32,411 bases of DNA from Nemertoderma westbladi. Its lineage: Eukaryota > Animalia > Xenacoelomorpha. The translations under genes and the position numbers were made by a program. Below the pieces are notes generated by a model. It worked only from the letters and a program-made list of their open reading frames with translations, ran no database searches and had not been told where the DNA came from. The DNA is taken from positions 1-32,411 of the forward strand of contig JAUCBJ010006353.1 of the NCBI GenBank assembly GCA_032718475.1, read 5' to 3'. Shown one piece after another: positions 22,046-32,411 of this stretch (its first letter is position 1; each line of letters begins with the position of its first letter).

Positions 22046-23192
22046 GTAAGTATTCCAAACCGAGAATGTCATTTAAATTGGAAAAGTTTTCAAGAACAAC
22101 TATTAGCTAAGAAGGTTATAAAGAGCCAACATATCCCTATGTTTTAGAAGGCTCTTGAAAAACAATATCATCTGTTTCCACGATGAAATTAAATTTGTTA
22201 AATATCTCTATACTCATCAATCAAGTTACTCATCATTTACTCACATTGCTCACACTTTTCATGCTCATGTCACTCATACTGTTCGCACTCATCACAAGTT
22301 GCTCATGATCATGTTCGCGTTGCTCTCGCCTACTCCCTGCTGCGGTCGCACCAACCTTATCTTGTCCAAAATACCGAATCACCGCATGTTCACCAACACC
22401 ACCCGTTCCTCATTATGATCATTCTTTATTGTGCCCTGTGTCCGAAGAACACCATTCATCACTGTAAGAAGATCACATCGGGTCTACCTGGGATGGAAAT
22501 CTGCTTATCGATTCTTATGCTCAGTCTATTGGTTTCCTTTCTACCTCCTTTCCTAGGGTCGTCTGCACCCAGGTCTCAGTCAGGGGTCCAATGTGTTCAG
22601 AGGTGAGGAATGATGTACTGCCTGGTAACTGAACACCTAAGAATCACCATAATGATAAACCACCAGTTATATAGTAATAAATCCAATATCAATAACATTA
22701 GACCGGTATTTCTATTTCTAAATGTATTCAAACATCTATCTAACTAATGTGTTACAGGCTGCCTTCAGCAATTTTTAGGCCAATATTAATATCGTTTCTG
22801 GCCAACCCCCTATGTATTCTTACAGTAAGCAACCTACACCATATATTAGAATGCACAATCCTGGGCCATTGTTGCTACCAATACAAACTCGTTAGTCCCA
22901 ACCAGTACAATGTCTATTGTTTGATCTTGCTCTGATTGCGTACTACCATACCCCACCACTCATGATTTATTAATCACGCCACAGTCTGCATACCTCTCAT
23001 CATCCTTTATTGCATCCAAGGTTATTATCCTTTCCGCTAAATACCATTGAGGATATTTACTTCTTTTATAGTGCACATGCCAAGATAAAGAAGTTCCCCA
23101 GGAGGGTGTTGAGTCTGAACAAACAAAGGAGACATATTGCGCAATGGAGAGAAAAATACGTATGTTTGAGATAATATTGCTGAACTATACCA

Positions 23193-23282
23193 GGGGGGGG
23201 GGGGGGGGGTTGTGGGGTGGACAGACACAATAGTCTCGTAATTAATGTCGACACGGAACCCCCCCCCCCCCCCCCCCCCCCC
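23193..23282. repeat. G17 and C24 homopolymer runs in inverted arrangement
   Basis: G run 23193-23209 followed by TT; AA followed by C run 23259-23282. Confidence 0.8.
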
Positions 23283-23460
23283 ACCCACCCTCCCTACCCA
23301 AACTCCCTCCCACCTAACACCCCTACCTCAATTTTATCTACATATCATAATGAAATTACGAATTATTTTATTTATTTATTTGTCAAGCACATTAAGCAAA
23401 AAAAAACTTACCGGTAGGTGTGTTAGTACCAAAGATGTAAAAACTAAAAAGCAACAAGAC

Positions 23461-23910
23461 CTAGGCGTTGCATTCAATCAATAATGAGCTGACAGCAGCC
23501 AGCTGATTGGTAGGTTTCGCCCTGCAGCTGAACGCATTCGCAGGAGGCCAAGCCAGGAAATGTAAAAACAAATTCACAGAGGGAGACAGAACGGGTATTG
23601 AAATGAAGAGAGAGGAGGTCTGTAAGGTAGGTAAATAACCACTGGGCAGCAGCACCACAAACTTGCGCCAATCATGTTTCTGCTTGTTGATAACGGGCTT
23701 GCATGTTGAGTGTAATACATTTCAAGCTTTTGCAAGACTGGTCGCAATGGGTGCCTAGCAATTGATTTGAAATGTTTAAACAATTCATGCCAGTCAGTTA
23801 GACATTGTGTATTGGGCTCGCGGTGGTGCGTCTTGATGTGCTTGTGCACAAGTCTTACCCTGTTCACTCCCATCCTTGGCCGTCACATCCTGGTGCTGTG
23901 TGATGCATTA
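23461..23910 (-). mobile_element. Inverted 3' segment of the Penelope-like element (GIY-YIG C-terminus plus 3' UTR/pseudo-LTR)
   Basis: Reverse complement of 23755-23910 aligns with 26553-26700; encodes VHKHIKTHH...FKHFKSIA...LQKLEMYY...KPVINKQ. Left boundary approximate. Confidence 0.75.
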
Positions 23911-26708
23911 TCTGAAGCAGCAGGGTTTGATTGCTGTGCCATTCGACAAGGGGGAATGGATACTACCATTATAAAGAAGGAGTCGTACATCGCCAAGGCA
24001 AAAGCACTCATCACCGACCCGACTAAGTTTGGACCACCCCCCGTCGTCCCAGTGCTGTAAAGATAGATGTTTACCCGACAGAGGGCGGATGTTATTCGTC
24101 ATGAGGTCACGAGCATTGTGGGAAGAGAGAATGGGGAACTCTACCTCGCTTACTACCGTTACTACCTCGCTAGGTTACCACTCCTCCTAGACTTTATGGC
24201 CTCACCAAAGTCCACAAGGCTGGTGTCCCACTACGTCCTATAACCTCTATGCCCTGCAGCATATACCATCCTATTGGTGGATTTATCAGAGATGATAAAT
24301 CAGAGGTCAGCTGCCCGAGGGTAAGATATCTACTAATAGCACTGAGTCTGCCAATCATTTCACCCAACTAGAGGTAGAACCTACGGACCGCCTCTACTCC
24401 CTGGATGTCGTGAGTTTATTCACTAATGTCCCACTGAGGGAGGCAGTGCAGCTCGCAGCATATCTACTGTATGAGCGGCATCCTGACAGCCAGCCAATCA
24501 GCAAGGACCAATTTATTGGTCTTATGCTGTTGGATAACAAAGATCCTGGATCACCAAGGTAACTATATCTGTCAGAAAGATGGTGTTGTTATGGGGTCTC
24601 CATTGGGCCTCATACTTGCTAACATCTTTCTGTCACAGTTCGATGAGAGGATCACTGAGAGCACCAAGCATAGTGATAGATTTGTCAATGACATATTTAG
24701 CTTTGGCAGTAACAACCCCACTGAGAAGCTGAGAGAGGCCAATGCTCCCCATCCCAATCTCAAGTTTACCCTTGAGATGGAGGAAGAGGGCCAATTGTCC
24801 TCACTCAATTTCGTTGTCACTCGGGTTGACTATGCTTTTTCAACGGTGTGGTATCATCGCTAGCCTACAGATACTGGGCTCGTTCTCAATGCCACTGCAT
24901 GTGCCCCTGAGTCGCACAAACGTGGTGTAGTTTGTGGTATATTCCATCGCATCTTTAACATCAGTAAGGGTGGGGATGGTTCCCAACTCTATACCGATAT
25001 TGGGGATGCTAAGAATATTCTTAGCAATAACCAATATACTGATGCGGTGGTCGAGCATGAGCTAGCTGCAGTTCAAGTCATTAGGGGGCTTGCAAGTAGT
25101 GGTTCTGGGGACGAGGCACCAAAAGTTGTCTCCACCAAGGTCAGTGACCCGGTGAACCAGGCAGCTGCTGATGATTTAAATCCCATTATATGTAAGTTTG
25201 AGTGCTGAGATCGGGCAACCAATCTGTTTGTTCGAAAGTTGAGTGGATTTATTCCTAGGACGTGCACACGGCCAGTTTGGTTTGTTTTCACTACATCTAA
25301 ACAATGCGCCAGTCACTCCCATCTCTAAAGCACCCTGTCCCAGATATCCTTGCGTCTAATGTCATTTACTCTTTCTCTTGTCCCTCTTCTTATAAGGGGG
25401 GATATGTTGGATACATCATCCAATACTTGTTTGAATGCGTTAGACTACTACTACTAGGATCGGCATGCTGCATTGCAGCTGCATTTTTAAGAATGCTGTG
25501 CCGGCTTATCGACAAAATTGCACCGCCACAACTCCCTATCACCCATGAAATTTGCTAGATCATCCGCATCTTCAAGGCCAGTGTCCTTTAAGATGCGTCT
25601 CAAGAAAGTCATGGGCTGTCCACCAAGCTTATTCACTCCATGAGGCTGCCAAAGTACAAGATTATGCACTGGCTGGTCCTCACGGCGAAAGCAATGTCCT
25701 GCAAAGCAGAGGCGATTTTGTTCTAGTGTCAAGCTTGGGGGAACCAATGAGACACCTCCAATGTTATATAGTGTCTGGTTGGAGATGTGTGCATTGTACT
25801 TGACACAATGAACCCAGCGTAGCATTCTTGTGAATGTGCCATCCAGAGATTTGGTGTCCTCAGCAGTTAGAGCCCAGCATGGACTCCCATAGAGGAGTAC
25901 TGGAACTACTGCTGCTCTAAATAATTGGACCTTAAGTGTCCGATTAATTCTCGGTGACTTCCAAATCATGGAAAGCCTATTCAAGGCTGCCCATGCTTAG
26001 GTATTCGAAGGTCCTCACCTGACTTCTGGATCCATGATCCCAGGTAACAGAAGTCATCCACTTGCTCAAGCATACCATCTTTGAGCTTATGCTCATCCGA
26101 TCAGAGACTTGCTAAGGACTTTCAAAGTTAACTGTCAAAATTTTGGTCTTTCTGGAGTTAATAAAAAGACCAACACTAGAAGCAGCATGTTCTAATGAGC
26201 TGAGGAGCCGTTGGGCTCACTCTAGTGATTCTGAGAGTACTCCTAAGTCATCAGCAAAGTCTAGATCAGTTAGGTACTTGGCAGGATTTCCTCTACTTCT
26301 GGAACCAGTAGGTGGAGTTATCATCACCCCATCATCATTATGATGATCTAAGGACATGCGTAGAACATAGTCAACAACAATTATGAACAAGAATGGTGCA
26401 AGTGTGTCTCCCTGGAGGACGCCCCATAACCAAATGGTTCTGTGTCACCGTCAACAGTAGACACAAATGTTGTCGAACCATCGTATACTGATCTGATTGC
26501 TGCAATAATTTCATCAGGAATCCCATATAATGAAAGTATGCTGAACATACGTTAGACAGCACCAGGATGGGACGGCCAAGGATGGGACTGAACAGGGTAA
26601 GAATGTGCACAACCACATCATGACGCACTGCAGCGAGCCCAATACACATTGGCTGACTGACTGGTGTAGATTGTTTAAACATTTCAAAGTAATTGCGGCA
26701 GTCTTCCA
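23909..26708 (+). mobile_element. Penelope-like retroelement (RT + GIY-YIG), decayed, 5'-truncated, interrupted by a LINE at 25444-26552
   Basis: IAVPFDKG..YIAKA..L..D..KF; PRLYGLTKVHKAGVPLRPI; SLDVVSLFTNVP; QKDGVVMGSPLG..LANIFL; RFVNDIF; HPNLKFTLEME; SNVIYSFSCP...YVGY...LFECVRQH. Confidence 0.9.
25444..26552 (-). mobile_element. RTE-like LINE copy 2 (same family as 2269-3799), more truncated and pseudogenised
   Basis: Reverse complement matches about 2676-3799; (CTA)n tail at 25444-25456; TSD CGTTAGAC (25438-25445, 26550-26557); 4-bp and 7-bp deletions and a CAG>TAG stop relative to copy 1. Confidence 0.93.
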
Positions 26709-27052
26709 CAACAGATCAACCAACAGACGGAAGGATGGACAACGGTTGAAAGAAATGTATAAACTACATATACAATACTGTAGATGAAACTGGTAAGCAG
26801 TATTGCTGTATTGTAGAATACTGAATTCATGATTTAGGCCTAGAGTGTTGTCTGGACAGATTGTGTGTTGTCACCAGACGTTTGACTGTTTTCTTATGAC
26901 TTGCCGGCGATATGTGGAGCTGAAACTTGGCAGAATTATTTTTAGGACTGCGATCTACTGTTATTCACATTGTTTACGGTCATTTTTGATAATGGCTAAT
27001 ATAATGGATGATTTTTAATTTATCAACCATTTATTTGACTGTGGCTGACTGA

Positions 27053-28213
27053 TGTCGCCGTTTTTAGGTGTTGTTGCAAATTCCACCTATCCGCTCGGGA
27101 TAGGCAGACGAGGAACAGGGCGAGGCGAAAGTCAGTGGAGAATGGTGAAATTTGAGTGCAGTTTTTCGCGTGATGGTTGATGGCAAAGCCAACATATACA
27201 AGTGTCACTAGGACGCCAGCAATTTTTCAAGGAGCATACCTTATGATGGTACCCATTAGAAATAAATTGAGCAGCAGCTCTCAGACGATGACCGGTAAGT
27301 CGAGACAAGACTATCCAGCCGCCGTTTCCAGCAGCGGAATTCCCAGCACTATTTACTGCAGCAAGTATGGAGGTGGACGCGAACTTAGACACCCCGCACC
27401 ACAATTTCCTGTAAAAACTGTGTATTTGAGACACATGCTATTCGAGACACGTGCTATAGTTCCAGAATATCCTCAGTTTTATGAAATACCTCACAGCCCT
27501 ACGTAATAGCGGGATATATTACCACTGACCACAGGCGTTTGGCTGATTCTGAGGAGATAAGCATTAGCTGAACTCTAGTAGCCAGGCACATACAGCAGGC
27601 CAGACCCTTATTATACAGTTTATTATGATGCGCTGCGCTGTGGCTTTGTTTGTTGTAGAAAATGATACTCCCAAATAATCGAAGCTGTTAACATTAGAAA
27701 TGTAGTACAGTTAAGATTAGAAATAGAAGATGAGTCAATTTTGAACTCCTGACATCTTAGTTGGTCAGAATATTTATTTATGCTCTCAATATTTAGCCTT
27801 TAAAAAATATGTCTCTACTAACGGTGGCATTGTTGGAAAGATAACTAACTTGACAAGGATTTCAAATCTGTAAGAATATCTGAATTTCCTCAAGGACTAA
27901 GATGAGATATGGGCTTTCCAATGTTGCATGTTTTTGGTTCCACTACTGGGCATTATTTATTCTATTTAATACTAAATATACCATATGAAGTGTAGTAACA
28001 CTGAACAGTCAGGCCTTAACTAAGGCTTTAATAAACTATAAGAACTGCACTACATACAGACTGGTGTACCTGTAGAACACAAGGTATATGAAGCACTAAC
28101 ATATCATACACATCATTCTCCGCCACCAAAAAAAATTTTCATACATACAGAAATTCAAAAACATATTCTAAGAGTTCCTAGAATATGGAGTTTTGTAAAA
28201 ATATTACGTGACA
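27053..28213. mobile_element. Probable solo LTR (about 1160 bp)
   Basis: TGTCGC...GTGACA termini; 27053-28070 is repeated at 28725-29759; no PBS or PPT adjacent, only a 3-bp TGA flanking repeat. Confidence 0.72.
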
Positions 28214-28262
28214 TGAAAAAATTATTAAATTCTCAGGAGAGTCTTGAAGATAATATCATTGT

Positions 28263-28724
28263 CTAATAGAAATAATCTGGGCTGCGGCGATTACGTTTGG
28301 ATCGGCGATAAACTGTTACGAGACCACCGGACGCTTCTTCACGTGAAGGTTGAGGACTCGGAATCGGAGTTGGATTGGCTTCTTCAATAGGGCTCACTTC
28401 TCCACTATTCACCAGGACATTCATAGGCTGCAAATCAGTCTCAGCTTCTTGCGATGAACTCTGGTTACACGGCGGAGCAGATTCTCCACTTTGTTCCAGA
28501 ACACTATCAGAACATTCAGAACCGCATGGGGCCAAGTGTCTGATTGAAACTGTTGTCTCGCGACCATCTGGATAACGTACATGGGCGTACTGAGGGTTGG
28601 CCTGAAGCAACTCAACCTCATCCATGAGTGGATCATTCTTAGTTGAGCGAACATAATGCTTGAGCAAGACAGGACCGGGAGTTGTCAACCAAGTGGGAAC
28701 AGAGACTCCGAAGGTAGACCGTTT
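28263..28724 (-). pseudogene. pol: Ty3/gypsy integrase C-terminal fragment
   Basis: RSTFGVSVPTWLTTPGPVLLKHYVRSTKNDPLMDEVELLQANPQYAHVRYPDGRETTVSIRHLAP...RRSKRNRRSPD is a typical invertebrate gypsy pol tail; cut by the LTR at 28725. Confidence 0.85.
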
Positions 28725-29759
28725 TGTCACCGTTTTTAGGTATTGCCACAAATTCCACCTATCCGCTCGGGATAGGCAGACGAGGAACAGGGCGAGGCGA
28801 AAGTCAGTGGAGAATGGCGAAATTTGAGTGCAGTTTTTCGTGTGATCTTTAGAGGCAGCGGATTGATGGCAAAGCCAACATATACAAGTGTCACTAGGAC
28901 GCCAGCAATTTTTCAAGGAGCATACCTTATGATGGTACCCATTAGAAATAAATTGAGCAGCAGCTCTCAGACGACGACCGGTAAGTCAAGACAAGACTAT
29001 CCAGCCGCCGTTTCCAGCAGTGGAATTCCCAGCACTATTTACTGCAGCAAGTATGGAGGAGGTGGACGCGAACTTAGACACCCCGCACCACAATTTCCAG
29101 TAAAAACTGCGTATTGGAGACACGTGCTATTCGAGACACGTGCTTTAGTTCCAGAATATCCTCAGTTTTATGAGATACCTCACAGCGCTACGTAATAGCG
29201 GGATATATTACCACTGACCGCAGGCGTTTGGCTGATTCTGAGGAGATAAGCATTAGCTGAACTCTAGTAGCCAGACACATACAGCAGGCCAGACCCTTAT
29301 TATACAGTTTATTATGATGCGCTGCGCTGTGGCTCTGTTTGTTGTAGAAAATGATACTCCCAAATAATCGAAGCTGTTAACATTAGAAATGTAGTACAGT
29401 TAAGATTAGAAATAGAAGATGAGTCAATTTTGAACTCCTGACATCTTAGTTGGTCAGAATATTTATTTATGCTCTCAATATTTAGCCTTTAAAAAATATG
29501 TCTCTACTAACGGTGGCATTGTTGGAAAGATAACTAACTTGACAAGGGTTTCAAATCTGTAAGAATATCTGAATTTCCTCAAGGACTAAGATGAGATATG
29601 GGCTTTCCAATGTTGCATGTTTTTGGTTCCACTACTGGCCATTATTTATTCTATTTAATACTAAATATACCATATGAAGTGTAGTAACACTGAACAGTCA
29701 GGCCTTAACTAAGGCTTTAATAAACTATAAGAACTGCACTACATACAGACTGGTGTACC
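28725..29759. mobile_element. Second, truncated copy of the LTR
   Basis: Begins TGTCAC; colinear with copy 1 apart from 14-bp and 3-bp indels and scattered substitutions; lacks the last ~143 bp. Confidence 0.8.
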
Positions 29760-31096
29760 GCCTCTGCCTCTGCTGCCTTTTTTGTTGCCTCTGCCTCTGC
29801 CTCTGCTGCCTTTTTTGTTGCCTCTGCCTCTGTCGCTGCTGCTGCTATCTTTCTTGCTGCCTCTGCTTCTGCAGCTGCTACTGCCTTTCGATCTTCTATT
29901 CGTTTTTTCTGGACTTGTGTTTCCTGGGCTCTAGCGATGCGTCTTTCCTCATCAAATTTAGCTTGATCTTCAGCTAACATCTCAGCATCGAGGTCGTCCA
30001 ACACACGCTTAGCCCCTGCACTATTAGGTGAAAGTCCATGCAACCGTCTTCTCAACTCCTCGTCTCCTATGAATCGCTGATAATCTGACAAATATGTATC
30101 AATTGCATCTCTCTTTGGTGGTCCTTCTGGTGTTTCTTCGATTTCCACTTGAGAAAGGAGGGCATCAGTTGATTCATCGTAGGATGGTTGCTCCGTCAGC
30201 CGGGGTTTCCACTGGGCTGTCTCTCTAACTTCGCGCTCTATTCGCTGGAACCAAGTTTTGACAGCGACTTGCAGAGAAGTGTCCTGCTTTCTTTTCGACG
30301 TTTCTTCAAAGGCCGATAGGATCAGTCTAATACGTAAGGTACTTGCACGTATTTGATAACGCAGCTCTTCCTGTTCTTGAGGTCCTAGGGTTTGTCTAAA
30401 CAGCTGTTCCTGCTTCTGTAAGGAGTTGAAAAATCCCCGCACATATCCTGCTGCGGACTTCTTCCAAACAGCTGGATCCATAGTATCTTTAGCCACCCCC
30501 ATCTTGTGTATATCTTCCCAAGTCACTTCTGACAAATCGAGCGGTAATCCTATTCCAGGATTATTCCAGTTTGACTCGACGACAGACATCAATTCTTCCC
30601 TTGCGTATCCCCAATAACTATCTTGGGTCGATTTCTTGTTTCTCGCCCAATCTCTTAGGTGTTCCTCCACCGCGATCAAGACCGCAGCCATCTTCGCAGT
30701 CGGTAGAGTGAGAAGGGGATCAAGGTAAGAGGGATCCAATGTCTCCACTTTGCGTTCGGGGGTCAGCTCTACAGTATCAGAATTACTGGAGCTGTCAGAT
30801 CGCTGGGAAATAGGTTCTGGACCAGGAGGTTGCTGTGATGGGCCAGCTTCTTCTCGGTTCCGTTTGACCTGGGCCCGAGTGCCTATAATAGACCTATGGT
30901 GTGTTGGCTTGGGATCTAATTCTACTACTAGAGGGGTGACTTTCCTTTCAGTAGGAGGTGAGCTGGGCTCTGTCTGAGTCCTATCAGTCTTATCACTCCT
31001 ATCTGAGTCACAATTGGTAGTGTCTGGTGGACTGTCCGACAGGTTCTGTGTAATGTCTGATGGACTGTCCGACAGGTTCTGTTGTGTGTCAGACAT
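29717..31096 (-). CDS. Unassigned intronless ORF (459 aa), possibly the N-terminal part of a retroelement gag/ORF1, truncated by fusion to the LTR
   Basis: Long open frame, GC-richer than its AT-rich upstream flank; disordered N-terminus, helical middle, Ala/Glu/Lys coiled-coil repeats; last 13 codons are read from LTR sequence. Confidence 0.6.
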   Translation of the reverse strand: MSDTQQNLSDSPSDITQNLSDSPPDTTNCDSDRSDKTDRTQTEPSSPPTERKVTPLVVELDPKPTHHRSIIGTRAQVKRNREEAGPSQQPPGPEPISQRSDSSSNSDTVELTPERKVETLDPSYLDPLLTLPTAKMAAVLIAVEEHLRDWARNKKSTQDSYWGYAREELMSVVESNWNNPGIGLPLDLSEVTWEDIHKMGVAKDTMDPAVWKKSAAGYVRGFFNSLQKQEQLFRQTLGPQEQEELRYQIRASTLRIRLILSAFEETSKRKQDTSLQVAVKTWFQRIEREVRETAQWKPRLTEQPSYDESTDALLSQVEIEETPEGPPKRDAIDTYLSDYQRFIGDEELRRRLHGLSPNSAGAKRVLDDLDAEMLAEDQAKFDEERRIARAQETQVQKKRIEDRKAVAAAEAEAARKIAAAATEAEATKKAAEAEAEATKKAAEAEAVHQSVCSAVLIVY

Positions 31097-31203
31097 ATTT
31101 TAGTTGTACAGTTGAATGTCTACTGCTATAATCACAGTTAAAGCAAGTCTAGTAATTCAGTAAGACTGTTGGCCTAGTACAGGTAATTAATTGCAATATA
31201 TTA

Positions 31204-31452
31204 GAATACCGGTATACACTTATAGTATATATAAGTATAACAGACTAGGTTTGTCACAGAGTACCGGTATATAATTTTAGCACAAATATATATAAATATA
31301 TAATAGGCCTATCGTAAATACCGGTATACAGCTGACACTTATAGTATATATAAGTATAATTATTACTAGAATTAATTAAAGAATACCGGTATGATTTCAG
31401 TTCAAATTTATAGAAATAAATATAATAAACCTATTAGAAATACCGGTATATC
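31204..31452. repeat. Degenerate ~58-bp tandem repeat with palindromic TACCGGTA cores
   Basis: TACCGGTA at 31207, 31262, 31319, 31384, 31441; ACACTTATAGTATATATAAGTATAA twice. Confidence 0.75.
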
Positions 31453-32411
31453 AATTATTTAGGATAATTGAATTTCTGAAATTATAAGTTACTTAGTTAC
31501 TTGAGTTTACTTTGTTACCGTTATGCAAGCAGTAGTCCAACTGATATTGTGACCTACTTGTTGTATGGCAGGCCTACTGATTTATAAATCTTTGGAGTTG
31601 ATTTATAATATATATATACCCTGATAAGGGATTTCGTTACAAGATTGAAATAGGTGTTACTATTTCCGGCAAAATACCACTACACAGAAGCTAAGCGCTT
31701 TCAGTGAAGTACTACTTATGGGACACTAAACAGAATAATTCTACTGGCCTACGTTACTTATTTACTAGTTACTTACTATTGGTGAGATTACAATCTCTAA
31801 TAAACACACAAAACGTTACGTACAGAAATTTTTTAGGGCAATTTTACAGGGAAACTACTAACCAGTCTAACAAAGGGTTAGAACTTCTGGCTATTACAAC
31901 GAACAGGATACTACGGTATTTGAAAATAATAAGCAGAAGTAAATACTGCGTTGTCTAGATAGGAAAGTACCACCGCCTGACGACCTACAGCCGTATCGCT
32001 ATAGGTACAACGTTATGTATCTACGGAGTGTTCCTACCTAGAAGTTAATTACCGCCGTCTACCAGAACGAGCGTGCCTATTAACCACTTTACAACACAAT
32101 AATGCCTACACTAATTACTTTCGGAAAGCACTGTACACTAAACCCTAAATTAGGTACAGGTACTTGTAAAAACAGATAACCAGTAGTTAAATATACTTGA
32201 ACAGTTAAAAGAACCACAGCATCTGCTGGAGTGACCGGGGCACTGAGTCACCAGTCTTTACCTACGCCAAGCAGCCCGTGTAGTACTGGGGTTAATTTAA
32301 CTATAACGGTATGTATAACAAACACAATTACTGTAGGAATAAACTTGGGGACATGAATGTTGCGAGTAATCGCATAAACTCTGAATAATAAATATTACGC
32401 TACCCGTACAG

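Noticed and set aside
22150-23040. Short ORFs after exon 2
   Set aside because: No recognisable motif or convincing splice pair; may be a very decayed TE but cannot be supported.
23037-23484. Poly-Gly / poly-Pro ORFs
   Set aside because: Arise from the G and C homopolymer runs.
27177-27506. ORF repeated in both LTR copies (also 28824-29195)
   Set aside because: Conservation is explained by recent duplication; no motif; the start region differs by a 14-bp indel.
27541-27584. Hammerhead-like CTGAGGA...GAAC...GTA in the LTR (also near 29230-29273)
   Set aside because: GAAA box is incomplete and no stem I adjoins the core.
32298-32310. TAACTATAACGGT, matching the LSU rRNA / I-CeuI site
   Set aside because: Only 13 bp and the flanks are not rRNA-like; probably chance.

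Overview
Eukaryotic (metazoan, probably invertebrate) repeat-dense genomic DNA; no prokaryotic genes, rRNA, tRNA or CRISPR array. From left to right: (1) the 5' half of a decayed Mag-like Ty3/gypsy element on the minus strand (short LTR, tRNA-Ser PBS, gag, protease, RT), whose gag is split by a 15-bp-repeat foldback/MITE and a 5'-truncated RTE-type LINE; (2) an internally deleted Sola1-type DNA transposon (39-bp TIRs, ATAT TSD) with two pieces of its transposase coding sequence amplified into tandem arrays (17x31 bp, 22x46 bp); (3) a 4.6-kb 42-bp satellite; (4) a spliced host gene for a probably secreted PAN/apple-domain protein whose 9.1-kb intron holds a 4.2-kb 59-bp satellite and a near-complete but frameshifted CsRn1-clade gypsy element; (5) a Penelope-like element with an inverted copy of its own 3' end, interrupted by a second copy of the same RTE LINE; (6) two ~1.1-kb LTR-like copies around a gypsy integrase tail, and an unassigned 459-aa ORF fused to the second copy. 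The most unusual signal is the cluster of four unrelated tandem arrays within 12.5 kb, at least three seeded from local single-copy sequence and two at or next to transposase catalytic motifs. All family assignments come from motifs recognised by eye; no database search was run.
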